64,000 nucleotides of DNA from the NCBI RefSeq assembly GCF_018977255.1, contig NW_024704743.1:78866001-78930000 (forward strand), given 5' to 3'. The notes below the pieces were generated by a model, which was not told the DNA's origin, made no database searches, and saw only the letters and a list, made by a program, of their open reading frames with translations. The translations under genes and the position numbers were made by a program. Source of the stretch: Callorhinchus milii. Lineage: Eukaryota. Of the stretch, positions 54,301 to 64,000 are shown piece by piece; positions within the stretch are counted from its first letter, which is position 1; each line of letters opens with the position of its first letter.

Positions 54301-56716
54301 ACTCCACACAGAGCCTAATAATAATCCCTCCAAAACCAAAAACAATAATAAATTGGTCATTTTCAATCTACAACTGTTTGTGGGACATTGCTGTGCGCAA
54401 TTGGCTGCCGCGTTCGCCCACAAATATACAATCAATTCACTTTACAGTTTGTTCTATGAAGCGCTTTGGGACGTCCTCCCGACGTGAAAAGCGCTATATC
54501 AAATGCAAGGATTATTATTATTATTACGGCGTTATTATGATGGAAGGACGTCTCAAAGTGCTTCACATGATTTATTGTGAAATGTGTCTTTGTAGGCGAA
54601 CGTAGAAGCACAATTGCACACAACAATATCCCACAAGCAGCCATGGAGTGAGTGACCAATTTTATTTGGGGAATGGTTGGCCAGGACACCGGAAGCAACT
54701 GCCTTCTCTTTTCGAATAGTGCCATGAGATCCTTAACATCCACCTGAATAGGCAAACAGGACCTCAGTTTAATATTTCATGTGAAGGACGGCATCTCTGA
54801 CAATGCACCACACCTCCAACATTGGAGTGTCAGCTTAGACAATAACAACATTACATTTGTACAGCGACTTTCATGTCAGGAGAAGGTCCCAAGGTGCTGG
54901 ACAGAGGGCACGGTTGTAGAAGAATCTTGAGATGGGTCTTGAAGGAGGCAAGAAAGGGGTCGAGGTGGAGGGACTGCGGGATGGAATTTCAGAGAGTGGC
55001 CGAAGAGCTGCTCGCCAATGGTGGGGCGGGCGAGGTGGAGGATGTGAAGCAGGCCGGAGCCCGCTGAGCGGAGGGAGTGAGCAGGATGGTAGGGGGGCAG
55101 CAAGACCATGGCGGGCTTTGAAGGTGAGGACCAGGATCTTGAACTGTATTCCTTTGTGTGATGGGAAGCCGGTGGAGTCGGGCAAGGATGGGGATGATAA
55201 GGTCATGGAGCCTAGTGCGGGAGAGGACACGGGCTGCAGAGTTCTGGATGATCTGCAGCCTGTGGAGGGAGGAGTTGGGGAGTCCGACAAGCAATGAGTT
55301 TGCATAGTTGAGCCTCGATGTAATGAAGTGTATGAAGGTTTCGGCGGCCTGAGGTGTGAGACAGTGGCGGAGCCGGGCGACATTGCGGAGGTGGGGAAGG
55401 CAGAGCGGGTCATGGCGCTGATGTGGGGTAGAAAGGATAAGTGAGGGTCAAACAAGTCCCCAAGGTTCCAGATTGGCTCAGTAAGGTGGAGTGTGCACCA
55501 TGGATGGTGATGCTGTCAGCGCCTGAGGTGTAGAGGCGCTAACGGGAGCCAATCAGGAGAGCCTCGGTCTTGTTGACGTTCAACTGAAGAAAGTCAGCTC
55601 TCATCCAGGACTTGATGTCTGACAATGGTCCTGGAGTGAAGGGTGGAGGCAGAGAGGTACAGTTGGGTGTCATCCGCATACATGTATGACCCCATGTCTG
55701 CGGATGATGTCACCGGAGCCCTGAGGAATGCCGCACAAGACGGTGTGGGGGCTGGAGGAGAAGCCGTTTGTGGAGATGAAGTGGAGGCAGTGTGAGAGGT
55801 AGGATCTGAACCATTCAAGGACAGAGTCGCGGAGGTTGAGGTGAGAGGAGGTGAATGAGGATAGAGTGGTCGACTGTGTTGAAGGCAGCAGAGAGGTCAA
55901 GGAGGACGAGGAGGTAGAGGGAGCCCTGGTCGCAGATGGAAAGAAAGTCACTTTGGCCTGGGCTGTTTCTGCGCTGTGGGCGGCACATACCATATGATTC
56001 AAAATTGTGACTCGGAGGTGAGAGTGCTACCACTGAGCCAAGCTGACACCCACCCACTATAATGTATACCCCTGTACCCACTATATCATGTGTCTTGGAA
56101 CATGCTCTTGACGTGAAAGGCGTTATACAAATGTAATTTGTTGTTCTTGTATACGTAACGTATGCACTATAATACACTCCTTTATGTACCCATTAAACAT
56201 ATATGCCTCCCTGCACCTTCTGAAAAATATGCACTCGCATCCACTATAACACATTAACCTCTCCAACTATTTTAATGTGTAACCTCTCCCCCTGTAACCA
56301 CTTGAACATTGGCCCCATCCCCCATTTCCTGCTATTTGTTGGAGAGATCTGCTAAACAGGACTTTGCCTCTTCAGTCACAAGCACAGCGGCGCATTGCAC
56401 ATGACAACAAGTCAGCAGCCTGAGCACCAGAGAGAGAGAGAGGGAGAGCAGCCATCACCAGCAGTCACTCACTCAGTCAGTCAGTCTGTGTCTGCACAAT
56501 ATACCACGGCCCGTGCAACCCCCACACTGCTCTCACTCACTCTCTCTCTCACTCACTCACTCTCACCTGTACTGTACTGTACTGTACTGTACATGGGATT
56601 GTGATCAGGAAACTCACCGCCTGCCCCCGGGCTCGGCTCCTGCAGCCCCAGCAACTCACAGCCTCCAACAGCAGCCTCGGCCACCAGCACAGCACAGCCC
56701 TGCGGCCCCCGGCCAT
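39281..56716 (-). CDS. RMDN1: Regulator of microtubule dynamics protein 1 (FAM82B), whole gene span, 10 coding exons, ~303 aa
   Basis: Spliced translation contains [56 protein letters not shown] and [14 protein letters not shown]. All introns are GT-AG with consistent phase; total 912 nt; convergent with WWP1 as in human. Confidence 0.95.
39620..40095 (-). mobile_element. tRNA-headed SINE (long form, ~39620-39860) and L2 3' tail (~39900-40095)
   Basis: cagccaattgcgcacagc core and ggaaacttgccc head motif; L2 tail caaaattacatttgtatagc. Confidence 0.75.
40874..41007 (-). CDS. RMDN1: RMDN1 exon 9
   Basis: [45 protein letters not shown]. Confidence 0.95.
41198..41430 (-). mobile_element. Young 5'-truncated SINE
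   Basis: Nearly identical to the reverse complement of 54320-54526. Confidence 0.88.
42085..42655 (-). mobile_element. L2-clade LINE 3' fragment
   Basis: [38 protein letters not shown]. Confidence 0.9.
43431..43461 (-). CDS. RMDN1: RMDN1 exon 8 (31-nt small exon)
   Basis: [10 protein letters not shown]; tttcag acceptor, G|gtaaga donor; restores frame between exons 7 and 9. Confidence 0.92.
43540..45100 (+). mobile_element. CR1 LINE, 5'-truncated, most of the reverse transcriptase domain plus 3' end (frameshifted, dead)
   Basis: HPRVLKE...NYRPVSLTS...[14 protein letters not shown]...YLDFQKA.DKVPH...[10 protein letters not shown]...KFADDTKL; 3' gggccgaatggc motif. Confidence 0.95.
45316..45403 (-). 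CDS. RMDN1: RMDN1 exon 7
   Basis: [29 protein letters not shown]. Confidence 0.95.
45915..47590 (-). mobile_element. CR1 LINE fragment with internal deletions
   Basis: [15 protein letters not shown]...[29 protein letters not shown]; 3' end at ~45915. Confidence 0.92.
48442..48497 (-). CDS. RMDN1: RMDN1 exon 6
   Basis: [19 protein letters not shown]. Confidence 0.94.
48885..49455 (+). mobile_element. L2-clade LINE 3' fragment
   Basis: [22 protein letters not shown]...[12 protein letters not shown]...[10 protein letters not shown]. Confidence 0.92.
50736..51047 (+). mobile_element. Full-length tRNA-headed SINE (short form)
   Basis: A box TAGCTCAGTGG, B box GGTTCAATTCC, core gctgtgcgcaattggctgccgcg, tail gcgctatatcaaatgcaaggattattatt. 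Confidence 0.9.
51337..51426 (-). CDS. RMDN1: RMDN1 exon 5
   Basis: [30 protein letters not shown]. Confidence 0.96.
51866..52025 (-). CDS. RMDN1: RMDN1 exon 4
   Basis: [53 protein letters not shown]. Confidence 0.96.
52949..53036 (-). CDS. RMDN1: RMDN1 exon 3
   Basis: [30 protein letters not shown]. Confidence 0.95.
53485..53602 (-). CDS. RMDN1: RMDN1 exon 2 (hydrophobic segment)
   Basis: [39 protein letters not shown]; tgtgtag acceptor, G|gtaagc donor, phase 0 to 1. Confidence 0.88.
53640..54085 (+). mobile_element. Internal L2 fragment (region upstream of RT)
   Basis: [14 protein letters not shown] resembles SSLYSRLILEAKGNPR of the L2 at 60383-60913. Confidence 0.7.
54205..54526 (+). 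mobile_element. Full-length tRNA-headed SINE (short form), young
   Basis: ggagtcctgtggctcagtggttagagc...gagttcaattcc head; (ATT)n tail. Confidence 0.9.
54530..56050 (-). mobile_element. Older Deu-domain SINE (~54530-54843, head ~55995-56050) interrupted by an L2 fragment (~54843-55985)
   Basis: ggccaggacacc...ttcgaatagtgccatgagatccttaacatccacctga Deu-like body; L2 peptides [12 protein letters not shown] and [14 protein letters not shown]. Confidence 0.82.
56428..56593. repeat. Microsatellite cluster (GA)n, (TCAC/TCAG)n, (CT/ACTC)n, (CTGTA)n at the start of RMDN1 intron 1
   Basis: Directly visible. Confidence 0.85.
56618..56716 (-). CDS. RMDN1: Putative RMDN1 first coding exon (Arg-rich presequence-like peptide)
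   Basis: gtgATGG Kozak context; [33 protein letters not shown]; strong phase-0 donor GCG|gtgagt matching phase-0 exon 2; GC/CpG-rich. Confidence 0.78.
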
Positions 56717-56994
56717 CACAGCACAGCACAGACCAGCACAGGCCAGGCCAGCACAGACCAGGCCAGCACAGCACAGCACAGGCCAGGCCAGCACAGACCA
56801 GGCCAGCACAGCACAGGCCAGACCAGCACAGCACAGCCCAGGCCAGCACAGCACAGCACAGACCAGCACAGACCAGCACAGCACAGGCCAGGCCAGCACA
56901 GCACAGGCCAGACCAGCACAGGCCAGCACAGGCCAGACCAGCACAGACCAGCACAGCACAGGCCAGGCCAGCACAGACCAGCACAGGCCAGACC
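56717..56994. repeat. Pentamer array of GCACA/GGCCA/GACCA units (~55 units)
   Basis: Directly visible; abuts the putative RMDN1 ATG. Confidence 0.95.
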
Positions 56995-57019
56995 CCCCCC
57001 AACACACACACAACCCCAA

Positions 57020-57515
57020 CCCCCCACAGACTCCACCCCCCACCCCACAGACTCCACCCCCCCACCCCACAGACTCCACCCCCCACCCCACAGACTCCAC
57101 CCCCCACCCCACAGACTCCACCCCCCACCCCACAGACTCCACCCCCCCCCACAGACTCCACCCCACTCCCCACAGACTCCACTCCCCACAGACTCCACCC
57201 CCCACCCCACAGACTCCACCCCCCACCCCACAGACTCCACCCCCTCCCCACAGACTCCACCCCCCACCCCACAGACTCCACCCCACAGACTCCACCCCCA
57301 CCCCACAGACTCCACCCCCCACCCCACAGACTCCACCCCCCCACAGACTCCACCCCCCCCCACAGACTCCACCCCCACCCCACAGACTCCACCCCCCCCA
57401 CAGACTCCACCCCCCACCCCACAGACTCCACCCCCCACCCCACAGACTCCACCCCCCCCCACAGACTCCACCCCCACCCCACAGACTCCACCCCCCACAG
57501 ACTCCACCCCCCACC
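57020..57515. repeat. C-rich minisatellite, ~16-22-bp units with core CCCACAGACTCCACCCC
   Basis: About two dozen copies of CAGACTCCAC separated by variable C-runs. Confidence 0.95.
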
Positions 57516-57875
57516 CTCGCACTCCTTTTCAAATCCCCTCATGCCCTGGCACCTCCCCGTTTCTCCGACTTGATTATCCCCCGACCCACAACCCGCTGCC
57601 TCCGCCTGACTGGCTCTTGTCCAGTCCCTCGTGCCCGTGTTTCCACCATCGGCGGTCGCGCTTTCAGCCACTACGCCCCGAAACTCTGGAGCACTGTTCC
57701 TTTATCCTTCCGTCTTGCCCCTTCCTTCCTTCCTTCCTTCCTTCCTTCCTCATCTTCAGGTCGCGCCTACGACTGTGCCTGCAGTCACCTCCCCCTCCCA
57801 ACGGCTTTGGGATGCTGCCCTCCGTGAGGTGCGAGGCCCGCTTTATAAATGCAAACTGTTGTTGTTGTTGTTGTT
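57515..57875 (+). mobile_element. L2 3' fragment with (CCTT)n expansion and (TTG)n tail
   Basis: LLFKSPHALAPP...[16 protein letters not shown]. Confidence 0.85.
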
Positions 57876-58299
57876 ACTGCTGTGACCAGAGTGCCCTTTG
57901 TGCGATGACTCTTTCTCCAAACTTACTTCAGAATTCAGAATTGGGACAGATCCCAATTAGTGGGAACACCCGACTATCTATTGTAACTTCAATTTACTTC
58001 AACTAATCCAATTCTAGTGTTATGTCCACCAGAGGGATTGAAAATTCTATTCTATTTTATTTAATTCTGAGCATTTAAGACCAGTCCTGGTCATCACTGA
58101 CGTGTTATTCAATAAAACAATCACCGTTGTGCAAATTCAACCACAGTTGGAAGCGAGTGAACAGGAGTTGGTAAACCACAGATCAGGATTTCCTGCTTTG
58201 ACTTTTACTCTATTCCCAGCAAGAAGGAAGTTCTGGACTGAGAGTTGGAATGAATGCCCTTTACACCCTGTCACTGGCTAGTTGTGATGATGTATGACG

Positions 58300-58678
58300 C
58301 TGAACACCCTGGACACTGGTCTCCCCAGCTCTTCCCTGCATAAGCTCCAGACATCTGCAGCGCATGTCCTCAACCATACCAGGCTCTGCAAATCTATCAC
58401 CTCACCTTCGCTCAGCCCCACTGGCTCCCCATCACGCAGTGGATTGAATTGAAGATCTTTGTCCTTGCATTTAAATACTCTCACAGGCTTGCCCCACCCT
58501 ACCTCTGCAACCCTCCCACCCTGGCCACCCTGCACTGCTTCTCGTCCCCCACCTGATCCACACCACTGTCGATTGGTGAACTTTCAGCCATTCTACCCCT
58601 GCACCGTAGAACTCCATTCCAGCGTCTCTCTGCTTTGCCCTTTCCTCACCACCTTTAAAGTCCACCTTAAGACCTTTC
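58300..58678 (+). mobile_element. Older L2 3' fragment
   Basis: ctccccagctcttccctgcataagctccag...cactggctccccatc motif. Confidence 0.7.
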
Positions 58679-60850
58679 AACAACAACAACAAAATTAAAT
58701 TTATAGAGCGCCTTTGATGTTGGGAGTACGTCCCAAAGCGCTGAACAGTCAGGTGTCGGGGCCCGGGTATGGGGGAGGAGTGGTGTAGGGGTCAGGGAAG
58801 GCAGAGAAGTGGGAGGGTGACCAAAGGCACGATCGAAGAGAAAGGTCCTGAGACCGGTCTTGAAGGAGGGAAGGGAGGAAGCGAGGCGAAGGGACTGTGG
58901 GATGGAGTTCCAGAGTGTGGGGGCAGAGAGGCTGAAAGCTCGGCTATTGATGGTAGGGCGGGTTGGGCGGGAGAAATGGAGCAGACCAGAGCCCAATGAA
59001 CGGAGGGAGTGAGCAGATCAGAGAGGTAGGAGGGGGCAAGGCCATGGATGGCCTTAAAAATGAGAATGAGGATCTTGAACTCCATCCTCTGGGGGACGGG
59101 GAGCCAGTGGAGTCGGGCGAGGGTGGGAGTGATGGGGTCACGGAGCCTGGTGCGCGAGAGTACACGAGCTGCAGAGATTTGGATGATCTGCAGTTTGTGA
59201 AGGGAAGAGTTGGGAAGGCCGATGAGGAAGGAGTTCCCATAGTCGAGCCTTGATGTGACGAATACGTGGGTGAGGGTTTCGGCAGCCTGAGGGGTGAGGC
59301 AATGGCGGAGTTTGGTAGTATTGCGGAGGTGCTGGTAGGCAGTGCCGGTCGTGGCGCAGATGTGGTGGAGAAAGGACAGTTCAGGGTCAAACAGGACACC
59401 CAGGTTCCTGACTGGCTTAGTGAGGTTGAGTGTGCAGCTGTGGAGGCTGACTCTGCCACCACCTGAGGTGTGGAGACGCTGGCGCGAGCCAATCAGGGAG
59501 GCCTCGGTCTTGCTGACGATGAGTTGGAGAAAGTTATCCCTTGTCCAGGACTTGATGTCGGACAGGCAGTCAGTCAGAACACCAGTAGTCCTGGGGTTGA
59601 GGGTGGAGGCAGAGAGATAGAGTTGGGTGTCATCCGCATATTGTGGAAATTTATCCCATGTCTGCGGATGATGTCACCAAGGGGGAGCATGTAGAGGGTG
59701 AAGAGGAGGGGACCGAGGACAGAGCCCTGAGGAATGCTGCACAAGATGGTGTGGGGGCTGGAGCAGAAGCCGTTTGCCGCGACGAAGTGGAGGCGGTGTG
59801 AAAGGTAGGACCTGAACCAGTCAAGGACAGAACCTTGAAGGTTGAGGTGGGAGGAAAGGCGGTGGAGGAGGATTGAGTGGTCCACGGTGTCAAAGACGGA
59901 GGAGAAGTCGAGGAGGATGAGGAGGCAGAGGGAGCTCTGGTCACACATGGTCAGGATGTTGTTTGTGACCTTGACCAGAGCAGTTTCTGTGCTGTGGGCA
60001 GCACGGAAACACGATTGGAGGGGTTCATGGAGGAAATGAGGGGAGAGGAATGAGAGAATCTGGGAGGCAACGGCTCTCTCAAGGACCTTGGATAGAAAGG
60101 GTAGATTTGCGATGGGCCGGTAGCTAGATAGCTGTGATGGGTCGAGGGAAGATTTCTTCAGGGTGGGGGTGATGGTGGCTGCTTTGAGCAGGGAAGGAGC
60201 AGTGCCAGATGACAGGGAGAGGTTAATGATGTCCGCAAGTCGTGAGGCAAGGAGGTAGAGCTGGGATTTAAGGAGAGGGGTGGGGATGGGGTCGAGGGAG
60301 CAGGTGGTGGGCTTCATGGAGATTATGGTGGTGAAGACGGATCAGGGGGTGACAGGTTCAAAGGTGTGGAAGGAGGGATGGGTTAGTTGTCGGATGGGTA
60401 ATTGTGTGGGGTAGGGGTAGGGAGGGGGTGGAAGTTGGGAGGGAAGTGGCAGCTGTGGATTCCCTTGATTTTGGACTTGAGAAAGTCCAGCATTTTCTCG
60501 CAGTGAGAGTCAGAGGAACGAATCTGCGAGGCGTGTCGGGGAGGATGGAGGAGCCGGTTGGTGGTGGAGAACAGGAGCCTGGGGTTGCCCTTCGCCTCCA
60601 GGATTAACCTGGAATAGAGGGACGATTTTGCCGAGGCGAGAGCGGAGCGGTAGATTTTGATGAGATCCACCCAGATGTGGAGGTGGACCATTAGGCCGGA
60701 TTTGAACCAAGTGCGTTCGAACGGCTGCCCGCACCTGGCCCTTAAGTGGCTGATGAACCAGGGTGAGGATCGGGAATAGGAGGCAGTTCGTGAGGTGAGG
60801 GGGGCAAGGGCATTGAGTGTGGTGGAGAGAGTGCTGTGGAGGAGAGTAAG
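58679..60850 (-). mobile_element. Longest L2-clade LINE copy (~2.2 kb, RT domain and 3' end, frameshifted)
   Basis: KPTTCSLDPIPT...LKKSSLDPSQLSSYRPIANLPFLSKVLE...HSTETALVKV...LLDFSSVFDTVDH...[15 protein letters not shown]; (TTG)n tail. Confidence 0.95.
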
Positions 60851-61971
60851 CACAGCTTTCATTTCAACAGTGGTTTTGGTCAGATTTCTCGAACTCCTTC
60901 CTCTACTCTTCATACCAGCTTGGGCTTCCAGCCAGCTCTGTGAAACATTTTGAGATGTTGACTTGTCCGTCTCATGATCTGAACTTGCTCACATTCTACA
61001 AGACACGTTTGCTAATAATCTGATTCACTGACTTACAACATCACATCCTCCAAAGACAGTCTTGTGTTCTGCTACTTTCACAAGAGAGACCTGCTGTATG
61101 TTTCTCAATACTTTGTGGGATCAGGTTCACCGCAGTCTTGATTTGTTCTGTAGCAATAACATTACGTGACAAGGGAATTGTATGAAGAGCCAGATTCTCT
61201 ATGCGGTTTTGCTATCAAATTTGTTACAAATATATTGAGATATTAAACGCCAGAAAAGGATATATTGCAGCTGTTGTTTTGGTTTCTGACCTTTGGTTAG
61301 ATTTTTCTTAGCCAAGAAACAGCCCCAAATAAAAATGTTGATTGTGATCACAACATCTGTTTTTCATCTGCAACCCCATTCTCCAATTTAAATGCTACTG
61401 TTTTATTTTTCATAAACTATATCAAAATACTCAATTAGATTAAAACCGTGGTCTAATATTATAACTTTTGAATGTTTTCTATCGTTTCTCTATGGTTCCA
61501 AGTGTCAAGTGTTTGACAGAAACCTCTTTAAAACTATGTTGTTCTGCATGGTTTTATTGCTTTGCATCTGACATTGTGTTGTCTTGTTGGGTGGAGACCC
61601 TGTTAGAAAAAGAACATGTATGGTGGATAAACAAACATGATAATAATATTAATAATATTTACAATCCTTGCATGTGATATAATGCCTTCTTACATAATTT
61701 AAGCACTCTGGGATGCTACCCCTAGTGAAGGGTGTATATGAATGCAGTTGTTGTTGTCTCAAAGTGCCTTCACAGGATTTTATTGTATAACGTAGTAACT
61801 ATGTTTTTGTAGGCAAAACATGAAGCCAAAAGATTGTATATATATCAACAATGTATTATGAAAAGACAAAGGCAGGCAGTAGTATACTTTTCAACAACAT
61901 CAACAAAATTACATTCAAGTCTGACTTTGATCCGTAGATAGCTTCAATATTTTGCAAACGACCTTGCGGTT

Positions 61972-62150
61972 ATAATAATAATAATACTTGCATTTAATAT
62001 AGCACTTTATCATGTCGTTAAGATGTCTCAAACCACTGCACAGAATACATTGTAAAATGGATTGACTGTGTATTTTGTGGGAGAATCCCAGCAGCCAATT
62101 GCACATAGCAGTTTCCCACAAACTGTCGTGGATTGAGTGACCACATTTTT
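61972..62150 (-). mobile_element. SINE 3' fragment
   Basis: (AAT)n tail, cagccaattgcacatagc core. Confidence 0.75.
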
Positions 62151-62840
62151 TTTGATTCCTTTGAATTTATTGTAGTATGTGCAAACAAAACCTTGCACTC
62201 ATACAGAACCTTTCATGCACAAGAACATCTCAAAGCACTTTACAGTGACAGGATGGGAGTTTGAGCAGGGTGGGATATTCGGGTCGGGGGTTGTTACAGG
62301 AGAGGGGTGGCCAAAGTTAGTGAAAGAGATAGGTTTGTGGACAGGTTTTGAAAGCAGAGAGAATTTCAGGGATCTGTGCTCTACAAATCAAATTAGGATT
62401 CAGCAGTACCCAAGCTTAAAAGCCTGATTTAAATATATGTTGACATAAATCTATATTTTAAAGGGACCAATTATCCATTTATAATCACCTTCTGTAGAAT
62501 ATCATGTTAATATTAAAAAAGAAACTAAACTCAGCAAATAAACACTCCCTCATCTAATGTAATTGCAACCAAGTTAATCACTAACGCTGAGAGTCATAAG
62601 TAATTAAATAAGTAGAAGTGAGTAACTATAGGCAAAGGTAGTTCATCAATCTTCACACAGATAGGACATCACCTGAGAAAAGCACAATGGACAAACCCAC
62701 CAAAACCAAGTAATCTTGTTTTTTTAAAAACATTCTGTGGTTAATAGAATTGCTTTTAAACCAAATGTTTTTGATCCTATAAAGTGCTGCACTGTATTTG
62801 TTAAATGTTATGTTTTATAATGTTATGATGTTGATAAATA

Positions 62841-63003
62841 CAGTAAACTCCTGAACACTCATCATTCCATGAGAAAAGGGCTCCGTGATGAGTTGTCTGG
62901 AGTGGTGAGTTCGGCATATGTATAAATACATAAACATATACAGCCTTAAGACTTAAGTGGTAGTAACAAGTTTAACCGGGGTAGAGTTATCAGGAGTTTA
63001 CTG
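62841..63003. mobile_element. 163-bp MITE of Tc1/mariner (Tigger/pogo-like) type
   Basis: Perfect 14-bp TIR CAGTAAACTCCTGA / TCAGGAGTTTACTG (18/20 when extended), TA on both sides. Confidence 0.88.
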
Positions 63004-64000
63004 TATACCGGTGGTGATCATCTTAAATAAGGTAAGGAGTTTGTGCTGCAAATAGAAGTCAGAATTATTGCATAAATCTTTGAAATTACTTCTATGAATA
63101 TTTGGAAACAATATATTCAGAAGATTTTACAGTTCCATTGTGTAGTTTTTAACAATTGTCGTATTCTACAGAAAAAATATTGGTGTAAGAAGTGAATTGG
63201 CAATGTTTTTTATAGAATCATAATAAAATAGATTTTTGAGAGTTGTAAAAAGATATTAGCAGGAGAAGATTAATACTGATAAAGTGTATTGTGACGGTTT
63301 GTTCATATTTCCTTATTAGTGAAAGTAAGAAAGTGTGTTTAATTCGTTAAACAAATACCCCGAGATTTGTAGTTCTAGAAATTGCAGGAAATTGGTGAAT
63401 GATGGAAAAGCTTAAAAGCCATTGATACTTACAGCAGCAATTCCATCAGAGCTTGGCAAACAATATCAGCAGCTTCCATTCTCATGCCCCAGGGGAAGCT
63501 AGTGAATATTAAACAAATAAGAGTTGTAGATCCAAACATTTTTGACAACCTTTGTCCCACTGCATTGTCATATCTGAAAGTATTATTCTAGGTTGAATTA
63601 ATCCTATTAAGCAATTAATAATGCAAGGATTATTATTAATATACCTGTATATGCCATTTCGTTTTACAAGGTTCTGAAGGTGTGCTGGCTACCATTTAAT
63701 AATCTTCTATTTGGCATTAATGATTGATTCCATTAGTTTTCAATTATTGAGATAAGGATAGGCCCCATAAGCCATAACAGATTAATCAATATTGATCAAT
63801 ATTGGGATCAATCTGTGATTTCTAGACATGGCTCTATCATCTTTCTTGGATTTGGGAACCATATTTGCTTGTCACAGCAGTGTGATACATGTACAGAGGC
63901 GTTCAGTATGTGTTTATGAATCCACCTCTTTTCTATTGAAAGGCATGTGGTTAGTTGAACACAAATTCCCTGACTTGGAATAAATGTAGGTAATCTGCAA

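Noticed and set aside
56513..58006. Long overlapping ORFs (497, 408, 372, 327 and 268 aa) on both strands
   Set aside because: They arise from stop-free tandem repeats and an L2 fragment; only the 99-nt RMDN1 exon has splice and start-context support
57900..64000. CPNE3 or another gene head-to-head with RMDN1, as expected from human synteny; donor-like sites at ~63032 (+) and ~63644 (-)
   Set aside because: No recognisable copine coding exon or convincing exon structure within the window

Overview
This is eukaryotic (vertebrate) genomic DNA. The CR1/L2 LINE and Deu-domain-like SINE content suggests a cartilaginous fish (inference only). Two convergent, intact multi-exon genes were reconstructed by hand from GT-AG boundaries and reading-phase continuity. 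WWP1 (NEDD4-family C2-4xWW-HECT E3 ligase) is on + with 23 coding exons from ATG 7010 to TAA 37012 (2826 nt, 941 aa). RMDN1 (TPR-like regulator of microtubule dynamics 1) is on - with 10 coding exons from a putative ATG 56716 to TGA 39281 (912 nt, 303 aa), the same tail-to-tail order as in human. Introns and flanks are full of decayed L2 and CR1 LINE fragments, tRNA-headed SINEs, two TA-flanked Tc1/mariner-type MITEs and tandem repeats. Most long ORFs in the supplied track are LINE remnants or repeat artefacts. The best leads are: (1) the RMDN1 start codon directly abuts a ~55-unit pentamer array plus a G-rich minisatellite that keep the RMDN1 frame open ~270 codons upstream; (2) an overlapping bidirectional poly(A) hexamer lies between the two genes; (3) a frame-preserving 51-nt candidate cassette exon sits between WW4 and HECT; (4) a CpG-rich 21-bp minisatellite with a CCAAT box lies inside WWP1 intron 6; (5) there are two near-perfect intronic hairpins. 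No wholly new multi-gene system is supported by the sequence.
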